A DNA stretch of 64,000 bases, from the NCBI GenBank assembly GCA_965215125.1, contig OZ244052.1:416001-480000 (forward strand). Reading direction: 5' to 3'. The notes beneath the pieces were generated by a model. That model searched no databases. It was not told the DNA's origin and worked only from the letters and a program-made list of their open reading frames with translations. Below are positions 1 to 12,300 of this stretch, one piece after another (the first letter of the stretch is position 1; every line of letters begins with the position of its first letter). Source of the stretch: an uncultured candidatus Porisulfidus sp. GTDB lineage: Bacteria; Pseudomonadota; Gammaproteobacteria; Poriferisulfidales; Oxydemutatoraceae. The position numbers and the translations under genes are program-made.

Positions 1-3000
1 TGCGGTAATCGTGCCGACCACATAACTGTCGGTGATGCTAAGAGTGGAATCTACATCGCCGACCAAACCGCCGGCAACTGCCGATCGACCGTTGACGGCA
101 AGATTACCGACAAAATAACTATTGCTAATTCGGGCACGCCCGCCACTCGTTCCACTAATAGTATTGACCAAACCGGCGACAGCGGCGACTCCTTCTATAT
201 TTCCTATCACATAACTATTGCTTATCGTACACCGCTTACACGATGCGGCAATGCCGGCAACCACACCCCCTTTAATATCCACACCCGACAATCCGATACC
301 GTCTATATAGGCAACACGACTATCGCTACCTATAACTACAAAAAGACCACCTCTGGACCTCACACTTAAATTGGCAATCGTTTTATTATTGCCTTTGAAT
401 GTGCCGGTAAAGGTTCCTGCTATAGGTTTCCAAGCACCCGCACCCGTCCATCGTCCCATATTCTCCTCGGCATTGCGATAACTACCGACATCGTTAAAAT
501 CCAAATCTCTTAACAATTCATAACCACGACATCCCGTACTCGGACAGCCCGATGTAATCTTGACCGACCCGACATTCGCTTTATAGCCGCTACCGTCCAA
601 CTGATAGCGGATCGCATTCAAATCTTCCAAATAATCGATATCGACGAGACCGTCGCCGTCTTCGTCTATGACCCTATGAGGCGCATAACTCAGATAAAGC
701 GTATATCTAACCGTCTGCGTGCTTTCTACTTCAATAATCACTTTTTTTACTTCGTCATTTTTCAACGAAATCAAAAAGTTCATATTGTTACTGTCTAGGG
801 TTTCTCTCACAGACCCTATAATGTTAATACGCGCAGTCGGTTCTATCGCAACCGGAGTCAAACGCACACTTGGATGGTCGCTGACCGCCGTACCGAAATA
901 AACGCCGCTTTGGTTGAGCCTCTCAATATCAAGCGGTGGAGAGAATGTAACATCATTTGCCGCCGTTAAATAACGCAAGCCGTAGCGAAAACCCGGCGAT
1001 ATTAAATTGCCACATTGCGACATTCCCGATAAATCACATTCAAAAACACTTTCGGTTGCAGTGGTATATTTAAGTATCGGGTATTGTTGCGGTGTTCCGA
1101 AATCCCAATCGCCGGTATCCCAATCTTTATAAATACTATTCGGCATCACAGGGGTTGCCGATCGAAGCTGTGTTGAGGTCTGCCCGATACCATTATTGCC
1201 TCCGGTTGCAATGGTGTCGGTATTCCAATAGCTTGCGACAGGTGTGCGGCCATCGTTGATACCGACTAAACTGCCTCTGGTGTTGCTACCACCGCCGAGT
1301 TCGCCGATCGCATAACTACTTTTTATAGAGCCAAGGTTATATCCAACCAACCCACCTGCGATAGCACCAACAACACTAACCGCCGCATAACCGTTAATAA
1401 TCCGTGCTTGCGAATCATTCCAACCGACCAAACCGCCGATAATAGTACTACCTTCTCCCGGCAGAACCTTACCGGTCGCATAACTATTGGCAATTAGACT
1501 CCGATTAAGACCCACCAAACCACCGAACCGCGAGCCGCCCGAACTCGGTATTACGATACTATCGGCATGACTATTGATAATCCTGCCATCGTTATCTCCG
1601 ATTAGACCACCGAGCGATGAAGTTCCTAACACCTCGACTATTGCATAACTGCCGATAACATCTCCGCCGTCGTTGTTTGCGACCAGACCACCGCCCACAC
1701 CCTCGATACTTTTTGATACAACACTGCCACTGACATAGCTATAGCCGACTTGTCCTCGGTGAGTGCCGATCAGTCCGGCAACTTTAGCTCCACCTTCTAC
1801 TTTCACATTCAACAAACCGATATTGCTTATCAGTGCATCGGATGTGCTAACTCCGAATAAACTTTGATTGTCAACATCGTCTCTATTGATCTGCAAACCC
1901 GATATCGTATAACCATTGCCGTCGAAGCGACCGGCAAAAGGCTCCGACTCGTTGCCCATGGGCACCCAACCCGTATCGGTGGCATCCTGGTAATCATCTA
2001 CCGTCCAAAAAATCCTATTCAACGGCTCCAGATAACTCTCGCTATCTGCAAAATCCAAGTCCCTAGTTAACTTATAAGAGCCCGTCGGTCGATCTCGTAT
2101 CGCATCTAAGTCTTCTAGGTAGTTAATCGGCATAATCCTATCGTCGGCAATACTTTGATAACCGATATACAGCGCATAGCGTACGGTTACAGTTCCTTGC
2201 ACTTCAATGTGAATACGTGTCATACCGGTTGGCTGTAAAGAAATTGCTTTACTCGTCTCGCCGCTTCGGATGCCGTCGTACGCGGTGTTGTCGTCGCCGA
2301 TATAGAAACGAATGTGCGCAGCCGGTTCTATCGCCGTCGGAATCAACCGTATCGTATTATCGGTACTGCGCAGACTACCGATATAAATACCGCTTCGGTT
2401 TTGTGCCTCTATATCAAACTTGGGAGATAGAACAACACCGTCCGCCGTCGCCAAACTGTGTAAACCGTAGCGTAAGCGAGGCGATATCAACTCGCCGCAT
2501 TGCGGCACTCCCGGCACACCGCAGGCATCACCGTCGGGTCCCGGTGCGTATTTGAGGATAGGATATTGCGCGCTGTTGCCGAAATCCCAATCGGCATCGT
2601 CCCATTCTTCGTATATCCCGATTGCCGCAGTAGGCAATTGCATTTGCCGCGTACTCTGACCGCTCCCGTGACGATTTTGTGCGCCACCAATCTCGACATT
2701 CCAGTAGCTTGCTCTAATGCTTCCTCCATTGATCGCAACCAAACCGCCGCCGCTTCCCTGCACCCTACCGACGGCATAACTGTTGCTAACCCTTGCTGCA
2801 GCTATTTGATTAACACCGACCAAGCCTGCTACATCACTGTTTCCGGAAACTTCGCCGTCTGCATAGCTATTCGTTATAGACCCTCGGTTGATACCGGTTA
2901 AACCGCCTACATGCGCATCCCCTCCCACATCACCACCGGCATAGCTATTGATTACCCGTGCATTGATAGCATTCCAACCTATAAGCCCTCCCACATTGTT

Positions 3001-6000
3001 TGATCGTCTCTCTGAAATCCGAACCGTTGCATGACTATTGATCACTACACCCTCATTGGTGCCGACTAAACCACCCAGATGGCTCGGAACCGAACTTTGC
3101 ATCGAAATATCCGAGCCGGCATAGCTATTGATGATTTTACCGTTGTTCACTCCGACAATGCCACCTACTAAACTATTCGCCGTAAACTCCCCGACCGCAT
3201 AACTGCCGACGATAGTACCGGCATTAATACCCACCAGACCGCCGATATACCGCCTCCCTTCTATCTTTACATTCAGCAAGCCTATATTTCTTATGCTAGC
3301 CGCAGATCCCAAAGCACCGAATAAACCTTGATAGTCGGCATCATCTCTATTTATCTGCACATTAAATATCGTATGACCATCACCGTTAAAAATGCCTGTG
3401 AAACGACCTGCAAGCGTGCCTATAGGCAACCAGCCGGTGTCCGCATCGTTGCCGTAATCGGCAACCGTCCATTTTGTTTTATTGATCGGGTCGCGGTAGC
3501 TCGCATCCGAGTTGAAATCCAAATCTCGCGCTAGTTTGTATTTGCCTTTCGGTTGATTGCGTATCGCATTCAAATCTTCCAAATAATAAATGTCGCTAAA
3601 ACCGTCATTCTCTACGACCTTCATCACCGATATCGGCTCGGATACGATGCGATGATCATAACCTTGATTGTCGCGATAATCCAACCATACGCGATAGCCG
3701 ATATTATCGATTTCCGACAACACCGTCGGTATCTGATAGCGTATTTGTATCGCATCTCCGATATCCTGCCATGTTGCCAAATCGGACGGTAGTTTGTACT
3801 GCCATTGATAACCGAAGCTGTTAATATCTGCACCACCGTCGGGATCTACAGATAAATCGGCTTCGCCGATATCCGCCACCGCTAAAGTGCCCTCGTGATA
3901 GGTCGGTGTCGCCAAGGTGCTTATGCTACCGCCGTTTGTTTTGACAACCGTCAGCGTCGTACTTCGGGTTACGATTGTCCGACCGGCACGCACTTCCACT
4001 TGCAACACAACGGGGGCCTCGTCGACATCTCGGGCTACAAAATCGTCGGGTATGTCTATATCCAGTTCGGCTTGCCGAGTATTTAAGCCTTTTAATAAAT
4101 CGGGTTGCAGCGGTGAGATTTGACTCCAACGATAACGCACTCGCCGCTGATCCGGTTCGGAGGTTGAAACACTCAACGCAATGCGCCGACCTTCGCTCAC
4201 CCTATGATCCGAACGATCGCTACTAATCATTGCTTGCAAGCCGGATCGACGTATCACCCAAATCCGATAGTGCCTCGCTATCGTAATTAAGGTCGGTTCG
4301 GGGGCTACATTCAAAATAATCGGTGTCATCTCGCCGTTATTCACCGAAGACAAACCGATTTTCTCGTCCTTAAGAATACTAATCGTCTGTGTGCTATTCG
4401 CTATCGTAGGGCTGAACCTTATCTCTGTTACATTATCGTCGCTTAAGTTCACACGATAATCGAAGGTCTGCGGATTAAACGCAGGAGATAAGCTCAACCC
4501 GTCTAATACAAGCAAACCCGAGAGCATGATGTGCTGACCCGACAATAGGTGTCCCTTTTCAGAACCCTCGCTATGTCTGAGTATCGGGTATTGTTCGCCG
4601 GTGCCGAACTCCCAATCGGCAACATCCCATCGCTCAAAGGTCTCGCCCGGTAGACCGGGAGCAGTCGGTGATTTTAGCTGCTCGGTAGTCCGTGGACTGC
4701 CACCGGCACTGAACGATATCCCGGCAGCCTCGCTATTCCAATAACTGTGTATTACACGCACCATGTCGGCATGCCTCGTTTGGTGTGCATAATTCCAGCC
4801 GATCAACCCTCCGGCATGCGCACCGCTTGCGACAACTTGCCCGTTTGCAAAACTGTCGGAAACGATGCCTTTATTACTGCCGACCAAACCACCGACTCTA
4901 TGCACACCGCCTACATAACCGCTTGAGTATGTATTGCTTATTCGACCGCCCTCGTTCCAACCGACCAAACCGCCCACATCGCTATCGCCATCTATGCGAC
5001 CCTGCGCAAAACTATTGGTGATTTCACTATTCCTGTTCCAACCGACCAGACCGCCCGTATAAAGATTACCCGAAACCGCACCGCTCGCCCGACTATCGGC
5101 AACTCCGCCGCTGCGGTCATTCGCACCGACCAAACCACCGCTATACGAACCGTCGCTTATTACTTTGCCTTCGGCATGGCTTGCACTAATCCGGGCATGG
5201 TTGAGACCGACCAAACCACCGACATAATCGCTCCCATTCGCAGTCCCGTCGGACCGACTGTCTGTCAGCATACCTCCGAAATTAAGACCGACCAAGCCAC
5301 CGACTTGGCTGACACCGAATACACTCGTATCGGCAACGCTATATCTGATATGTCCTTCGTTGTGACCCACCAGACCGCCGAGACTATGACTGCCACCCTC
5401 TACACGCTCGAGTATGACATCGCCGTTGAGTATCGTCCCGGCGTTGACACCGAACAACCCACCTACGGTGTTGCCTACACCGATTAGACGACCCCCTTCC
5501 ACACCGATATAAGAAACACCCCCGGCGTTATGACCGGCTAAACTACCGATGTACGAATTCCCTGTGATGTTTATTTGCGACAATACCAAATCGCTGATTT
5601 TGGCTAGTCTCGTCGTTGCCTTGAATAAACCGACATAATCCGACGGCCTGTCGATATAAAGATTGGCTATCGTATGACCATTGCCTTCAAACCTTGCGCT
5701 AAAGAAACTCAGCCGATCGCCTATAGGCAACCAACCTAAACCACTCGTCCATGCTGCTTTGTTGATGATGTTGCGGTAGTCATCGGAAACATTGAAGTCT
5801 AGATCCCTGCGCAACTCGTAGCCGTTGCAACCGCTTTGCGGACACCCCGCAGTGATCTTGACTGCGTCAAAACTTTCTTTATAGCCGGTGCCGTCAAGCT
5901 GATAACGAACTGCATTCAATGCGTCCAAGTCGCATAGCTCTATCAAGCCATCGTTGTCTTGATCTATATCGGTTAGGTAATTGCATCGGAAACCGTCTTG

Positions 6001-6078
6001 TGCCGATACAGGTGTGAACCCTATGACTAATGTATAGAGGGCATATAGAAACCAATTTGGTCTTCTTTTGTTTATCAT
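1..6078 (-). CDS. Giant secreted GLUG-repeat/cadherin-like protein, paralog 1 (5' part only; runs off the left edge; >2026 aa)
   Basis: Not in the ORF track. ATG at 6078 reads MINKRRPNWFLYALYTLVIGFTPVSA|QDGFRCNYLTDIDQDNDGLIELC. The same frame at bases 60..1 reads GDVDSTLSITDSYVVGTITA, matching the 6348..23624 protein at ~17740-17800. Long stretches are near-identical in DNA to 17740..23520. Confidence 0.9.
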   Translation of the reverse strand, partial: MINKRRPNWFLYALYTLVIGFTPVSAQDGFRCNYLTDIDQDNDGLIELCDLDALNAVRYQLDGTGYKESFDAVKITAGCPQSGCNGYELRRDLDFNVSDDYRNIINKAAWTSGLGWLPIGDRLSFFSARFEGNGHTIANLYIDRPSDYVGLFKATTRLAKISDLVLSQINITGNSYIGSLAGHNAGGVSYIGVEGGRLIGVGNTVGGLFGVNAGTILNGDVILERVEGGSHSLGGLVGHNEGHIRYSVADTSVFGVSQVGGLVGLNFGGMLTDSRSDGTANGSDYVGGLVGLNHARISASHAEGKVISDGSYSGGLVGANDRSGGVADSRASGAVSGNLYTGGLVGWNRNSEITNSFAQGRIDGDSDVGGLVGWNEGGRISNTYSSGYVGGVHRVGGLVGSNKGIVSDSFANGQVVASGAHAGGLIGWNYAHQTRHADMVRVIHSYWNSEAAGISFSAGGSPRTTEQLKSPTAPGLPGETFERWDVADWEFGTGEQYPILRHSEGSEKGHLLSGQHIMLSGLLVLDGLSLSPAFNPQTFDYRVNLSDDNVTEIRFSPTIANSTQTISILKDEKIGLSSVNNGEMTPIILNVAPEPTLITIARHYRIWVIRRSGLQAMISSDRSDHRVSEGRRIALSVSTSEPDQRRVRYRWSQISPLQPDLLKGLNTRQAELDIDIPDDFVARDVDEAPVVLQVEVRAGRTIVTRSTTLTVVKTNGGSISTLATPTYHEGTLAVADIGEADLSVDPDGGADINSFGYQWQYKLPSDLATWQDIGDAIQIRYQIPTVLSEIDNIGYRVWLDYRDNQGYDHRIVSEPISVMKVVENDGFSDIYYLEDLNAIRNQPKGKYKLARDLDFNSDASYRDPINKTKWTVADYGNDADTGWLPIGTLAGRFTGIFNGDGHTIFNVQINRDDADYQGLFGALGSAASIRNIGLLNVKIEGRRYIGGLVGINAGTIVGSYAVGEFTANSLVGGIVGVNNGKIINSYAGSDISMQSSVPSHLGGLVGTNEGVVINSHATVRISERRSNNVGGLIGWNAINARVINSYAGGDVGGDAHVGGLTGINRGSITNSYADGEVSGNSDVAGLVGVNQIAAARVSNSYAVGRVQGSGGGLVAINGGSIRASYWNVEIGGAQNRHGSGQSTRQMQLPTAAIGIYEEWDDADWDFGNSAQYPILKYAPGPDGDACGVPGVPQCGELISPRLRYGLHSLATADGVVLSPKFDIEAQNRSGIYIGSLRSTDNTIRLIPTAIEPAAHIRFYIGDDNTAYDGIRSGETSKAISLQPTGMTRIHIEVQGTVTVRYALYIGYQSIADDRIMPINYLEDLDAIRDRPTGSYKLTRDLDFADSESYLEPLNRIFWTVDDYQDATDTGWVPMGNESEPFAGRFDGNGYTISGLQINRDDVDNQSLFGVSTSDALISNIGLLNVKVEGGAKVAGLIGTHRGQVGYSYVSGSVVSKSIEGVGGGLVANNDGGDVIGSYAIVEVLGTSSLGGLIGDNDGRIINSHADSIVIPSSGGSRFGGLVGLNRSLIANSYATGKVLPGEGSTIIGGLVGWNDSQARIINGYAAVSVVGAIAGGLVGYNLGSIKSSYAIGELGGGSNTRGSLVGINDGRTPVASYWNTDTIATGGNNGIGQTSTQLRSATPVMPNSIYKDWDTGDWDFGTPQQYPILKYTTATESVFECDLSGMSQCGNLISPGFRYGLRYLTAANDVTFSPPLDIERLNQSGVYFGTAVSDHPSVRLTPVAIEPTARINIIGSVRETLDSNNMNFLISLKNDEVKKVIIEVESTQTVRYTLYLSYAPHRVIDEDGDGLVDIDYLEDLNAIRYQLDGSGYKANVGSVKITSGCPSTGCRGYELLRDLDFNDVGSYRNAEENMGRWTGAGAWKPIAGTFTGTFKGNNKTIANLSVRSRGGLFVVIGSDSRVAYIDGIGLSGVDIKGGVVAGIAASCKRCTISNSYVIGNIEGVAAVAGLVNTISGTSGGRARISNSYFVGNLAVNGRSAVAGGLVGDVDSTLSITDSYVVGTITA

Positions 6079-6347
6079 ATGAGGGGGAGGGAATTACTAA
6101 AAATTCCAGGATTAAGTTAGAGTCATTTTATTTCAAAATATTGTGTTTCCTTATATGGGTAGGTTTATGTTTTAATTTTAAGTGACGATTATAGCATAAT
6201 CTCCATGGAAATTTTCTAAAAATTCAATACCCCTAATTCTGAAATAAGGTATAAAATCCTTAGATTGTGGATAATTTACCTGCAAAACAATCAGCTAAAT
6301 CCTTATTTAATCGAAGAATTAATCGCCGGATAAAGGAGGGAAATAGG

Positions 6348-9300
6348 CTAGCGTAAAAGGCCTTCGGGAAATACTCTAATGTTTACGAAAATATCCGTTG
6401 ACCGAACCACTGAAGTTCTTAAAACACCCCTAGATCTCACGACATTATATATGAATTGCTGCGGTGCCGACATCGCCGGAGATGCTAATCCTCGATGCCT
6501 ATAACCCTGCTTATCGGTGTAATCAATCAATACACGATAGCGATTACCTATAATGCCTTCTACGGTATGGCTTTGATCGGTGGCACCATCAATATCCAAC
6601 CAGCTACCCAGCAGTTCCTTCTGCCATCGATAAGCTATCTCGGGGGTAGGATTTGTTCCATCCGAATCCGACGATAGATCTATGCCTGCTATGGTATACC
6701 TAAAACCATTCAGCGTAGGCGCAGGAACCGATATAACGCCGTTATTCTCTTTGACTATCGTTAACCGCACCGTTTCATCGACAACGCCTAAGCCATCGTC
6801 AACCGTCAAAACGATATCCACATCATTGATGCTTTGCATCTCACCGAGCAGATCACTCGGTATATTAAGCTCATACCTTAAATCGGCACGACCTACTACC
6901 GTGCCGGTGCTTCTTTGTATATCCGATAATAGGTTCGGAATCATACTTAGACTATAACTCAACTCGGCTCCTTCGGGATCCGCTATAGCGGCATTTAATG
7001 CAAAGGTTTCACCCTCTACGATTGAAGCAGGTGCGTTAATACTTATCCTCGGCAAACGATTATTATTTATCGTCAATTTATAGACAACGGGGGCTTCCAT
7101 TCCCGCCGCATTACTCGTCGCAACACGAATAACCGTGGAGGTAGGCTCGGAAGTATCGAGCGAGACGGAATAGTCGGTATCGTTCGTCGGCAGGACTCTG
7201 TCGTCGGCTATGATACTCGCATCGGGATTAGCGGCTATCGGGGTGACTCTCAGTTCGCTCGCATCGGCATGAACCGACACCGTATAAGTCGTAACCGCAG
7301 GATCAAAGTCGGGGGAGAAATACAAATGTCCCGCTCCTACATTTTGTTCCAACTTTAGAGCTCGCAAACCGATACGCTGGTGGAGTAACAATCTACCGCA
7401 ATCCGGCGACGGCGTCGAAGTGCCACAGGTGTTATCGTGGTATTTGAGTGCCGGATACTCATCGGCAGTGCCGAAATCCCATTGATCTGTATTCCAATCG
7501 TAATAGGCATCTCTGTTAATGGTACCCGCCGCAACCGGTGCCTTCAAATTGTCCGACGTAAAACCCCTATAGTTTAGGTTCGTTGCGATACTATTGGCAC
7601 TGCCTATCGGATTATCGGCATCCATCTTCCAATAACTTCGGATCGGGTTGGTGGATCCGCCGCCGATTAATCCGCCTATATCGCTGCCACTTGCCGTCAC
7701 ATTGCTCGCCGCATAACTATTACGGATATTGCCTGCGTGAAAACCGACCAAGCCACCTATATTTCTGACGATAAATCCGGTTACCATCACATTGCCGAGT
7801 GCATAACTGTTATCTATATTTCCCGTACCCAAACCGACTAAGCCACCTATATTTCCGACGATAAATCCGGTTACCGTCACATTGCTCGCTGCATAACTAT
7901 TACGGATATTTCCTTGACAAAAACCGACCAAACCACCTACATTATCTGCTCTTTTTGCCACCACATTAGCCATCGTATAACTGCGCTCAATATCAACCGA
8001 AGAATCAACGAAACCGATTAAACCGCCTATATTGAGAGAGAATCCGGCAACCGTGCCTCTCACATAACTGTCAACGATTCTCCCTCTCTCCATAAGACCG
8101 ATCAAGCCACCTACCTGCTGATTCCCCACAACGTATACATCGATTAGACCTACTCTTTTAATCTCGGCATTTGTCCCTTCGACAACACCGAACAGCCCGA
8201 TATAGTCCCTGTCTGCTCTATCTATCATCAAATTAGCAATCGTAAAACCGTTGCCGTCAAAAATACCGGTAAAAGGCTTGGTATGATCACCTATAGGTTG
8301 CCAAGCTGCAGCGGTCGTCCAAGCCACTTTATTAGCCGTTGAACTATAGCTTGCATCATCCAGAAAATCCAAATCCCTAACCAATTCATAGCCTCGACAC
8401 TTCTCTACACCGTTGACCAAAGGACAACCTGTAGTCATCATAATTGTCGTAGAACTCGCACGATAACCGCTGCCGTCCGGTTGATAACGAACCGCATTGA
8501 GATCCTCGAGGGTTTCAATCTCTATTAAACCATCGTTGTCTTTATCTACAAAGTTTACAATCGTTGCAAATCGTGGCGCGTCGTAGTGAATGTTCGTTCG
8601 GTAACCCTGTCCATCGGTATAACTTATAGAAAGTCTATATTGCGCATTGCGAGCATTTTCCAACGGCGTATAGCTTTTTCGAGTCGCACCGGGTATAGCG
8701 ACAAATCTACCGTTTTGTTCCAACGACCATAGATAACCGATATCGGTCAACGGCCCTCCGTCTATATCGTTTGACAAATCTTCTGCGGAGAGCGTGTTGC
8801 TACTTATCCATTTCACACTACTCTCGGCATTTCCATTATTTATTTTTCTCACCAGCAACGGTACTTCTCTACTTACGGTAGTTAGTGGATTATTGCTTTC
8901 GCTAAGTTCCAGTTTTAAGACGACCGTGCTATCGTCCTCGTCCGTTGCGACAAAATCGGTAGGCACCGTAAACTCTATGGTAGATGTAGTCTGTATCCCC
9001 GACAGTAAGGTTTTTCCCGATACTTGACTCCATCGGTAATCCAACCGCGAATTGCTCTGCCCGAAACTCTTTGAGGCATCGAAGCGGACGACATCCCCCT
9101 CACTTAAGCTAAGGATATTTCCTTTGATTAATTCGGTGGGAGTACTCCCGTTTACTATTTTGAGAATACCGGGCTGAGGTGAGTACTTTAAGCGCACCTG
9201 CACTTGATAGCTTGCACCCCTATTACTCCCCAGCAAAGTCTCAACTTTGAGTTTGAATGAGTCCTCTGCACTAATCTGCACGGTGCCGTCCGATTGTCCG

Positions 9301-12300
9301 GTCAAAGCAGAACCGTGGTCTTTACGAATTGTTATTACGGTACCTTCGCCGGCACCGGCAGCAATTTTTATAGCCACTGGTACTATCTCGGCATCAATCA
9401 TCGCTTCGTAGTTAAATCTACTCGGCATGAAATTCGGGGTCAAACGCACATCTCTTGAATTGGCGGATAAACTCAGACTATCCAATAACAGTGCATCGGG
9501 AATCTGACCGGACAATAAAGAATCACAACTCGGCAACGCCGTCCCAGGATTGGTGTCGCAACCCGGATTAGCTGTATCCAATCCGACTCCGTATTTGAGT
9601 GCCGGATATTGCTCTGCATTACCGAAGTGCCAATCATCGGTACTCCATCGATAATAAACGTCGGTTTCCGCTGTACCTGGTTTGAGTGCCGATATCAGTC
9701 GAATGGTAGCCCTGTCGGTACTATCATCACCTATATTAGTCGTTCCGCTATCCCAATAACTATTTATCGGGGCGGACCCTCGGGCAATTAAATTAGACAA
9801 TGTGCCGCCACCGGAAACTTCACCTAGAGTATAACTATTTTCAACCGTTGAATTATTATTAACACCGACTAAACCACCGGCAACTCTGTCGTTTGAGTTT
9901 ACGCAGGTGCCGAACCCGGTCTCTACATTACCGGTCGTATAGCTATTTTTGATTTCGCTCCTTTTCGGTAGCTCGTTTGAGTTGGTAGAAAACTGATTGC
10001 CCACCAAACCACCGACGATGCAAGGTCCTTTCACCTCACCGGTCGCATAGCTGTTATACACCTTGCCACCGTCTATATTCCTGCCGACCAAACCGCCCAC
10101 TCCGACCCGCTTCGTATTGGGTGATCCGGAATCTTCGGCAATCACATTGATCTTCGCATAACTATTGAGTATAAAACCTTTATTCCAGCCGACCATCCCG
10201 CCTATGAATCCTATACCGTTGCCGAAGCCGACATCACCTGTTATTATTTTATCGGTGTTTCCCGCTTCGACATCGCCGACCACATGACTATTCATGATGA
10301 CACCGCCGCGTTCTATTCTGCCGGCAATGCCACCTACATTTTTGATCCCGAACAGACCTTTGATCGTCGGATCTACAAGTCTAAAGTTCTTAACCCTTCC
10401 GACTGCTCCTATTATAGAAAATAAACCTATATTGCTTTGATAGCCGACGCTACGATTTATTTGCATATTGGATATCGTATAAACGTTGCCGTTAAATACG
10501 GCATTAAATACTCCACCGATAGGCTGCCAACCCAAATCGCTTGCATCCCTAAAATCGCTCACCGTCCAACTATTTTTGAGTAGCGACGGATTCGGTGTAC
10601 GATAGCTTGCATCGTCGGTAAAATCTAGATCATTCATCAACTCATAGCCTCGGCATTTCTCTGCACCATTGACCAACGGACAACCTGTGGTGATCTTATC
10701 CGCACTTTCAGTTGCTTTATAACCGGTGCCGTCCAACTGATAGCGTATCGCATCCAAATCTTCCAAATAACGAATCTCTATCAAACCATCGTTATCGTCG
10801 TCTATGTCTAAATAGTCTATAACTCTGGATGCCAGTTGTTCACGATGACCTTGATTGTCTTCGTAAGTAGCAAGTGCACGATATTGATAAGCACCTTCGT
10901 TGGGAATAGTATACGTAGACTCGCTCCCGACATTGATCCAATCTTCTGCATCGCTACGACGACGTTGCCATTGTATATGAGTTTCGGCAAGGCCACCGTC
11001 GCGGTCTACAAAATCGCTACCGTCCTCTCTTTCAAGTCGAACGACATAAGTATAGGGTTTATCGTTATCTTCAATTAAGCGAATACGATCGGCAGTATCG
11101 TTGTTCTGTTTAGAAACTATCAATGATATCGTCCTGCTTATATACACGCCGTCGATATCGATTTCCGCCGTTAACCGTATGACCCGGCTATCGTCTTGCT
11201 TGGATACTATATCGCCGGGTACCGTGAAATCCAGCACTACATTTCGTGCATCAACCGGCCATCGGTAGCGATAAGAATCTGCACTCAAACCGAAATCATA
11301 AGAAGCTATCAAATGAACATGCTCGCCTTCGGCTACCGACAACGATAGTAGCACGATTGTCGTTGTCGTTGCCGTCACTCGCCTGACCGTTAATTTGTGG
11401 TAGCGTACTAAGAAGTTATACGACAATTCGCCGGCATCGGGATTATGCGTGGTTATAGTAATTTCCGGTGTATGGCTACCGTCCAATACAAACGATGTAG
11501 GAATACTCGATGAACATATCAAGCCATTGCGACAAGCAATATCTATAGTCGTGCTTACCCGTGTCGATGTGGTATCGACTTGTACTTCGGTCATTCGAGC
11601 AGCCTCGGCGATAAGGTCGTAGTCAAAAATGAGAGGATGAAAAGACGGGAATAACTGGACATTGTTCGATAGGGTCAAACTTTGCAACAGACTTTTTCCT
11701 TCGGGAGCAAGCAACGGCACATCGGCAATTGCTTTCAGTTCGGGGTAGCGATTCGCATCTGCGAACTCCCATACATCGGCATCCCAGTTTTTATAAATAC
11801 TATTGATCGGCGAAGTCGGTGTGGACGATCGGAGTACTGCCGTGGTCGCAGAGGTGCCGGCGGCACCCGATGCGATACCGCTCGCCTCTATATCCCAATA
11901 ACTATCGTCAACTACCGCATCGTTGACGGCAACCAAGCCACCTACTGTAGATATCTCTCCGATGCCTATCGTTCTGCTTACTGCGTAGCTATTGATGATT
12001 TCGCTGGAACCTTGATTGATAGCAACTAAACCACCGATAGTTTCCCAACCGATTACCGACCCCACCGCATAGCTATTCTCAATGCGACTGCGATTGTCGT
12101 TTAGGGCAACCAAACCACCTGCCAATGCCACCGATAATCCGGCCGCTAGATTAGCCTTCACTTGTGTCTCGGCATACGACTCGGTAATCGAACCGGCAAC
12201 ATTCCTGCCGACCAAGCCACCCACCATTGCCGATGTGCCGTTGCCTCTTGTCGTCACAGAACCACTAACATAACTCCGGCGAATGTCGCCCGCTCGGTTA

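Noticed and set aside
6266-6274. Single DnaA box between the giant genes
   Set aside because: An isolated 9-mer without supporting sites; could be chance.
6348-7100. RTX/T1SS or autotransporter assignment for the giant protein
   Set aside because: It has a Sec signal peptide, no GGxGxDxL nonapeptides and no C-terminal beta-barrel ending in an aromatic residue.
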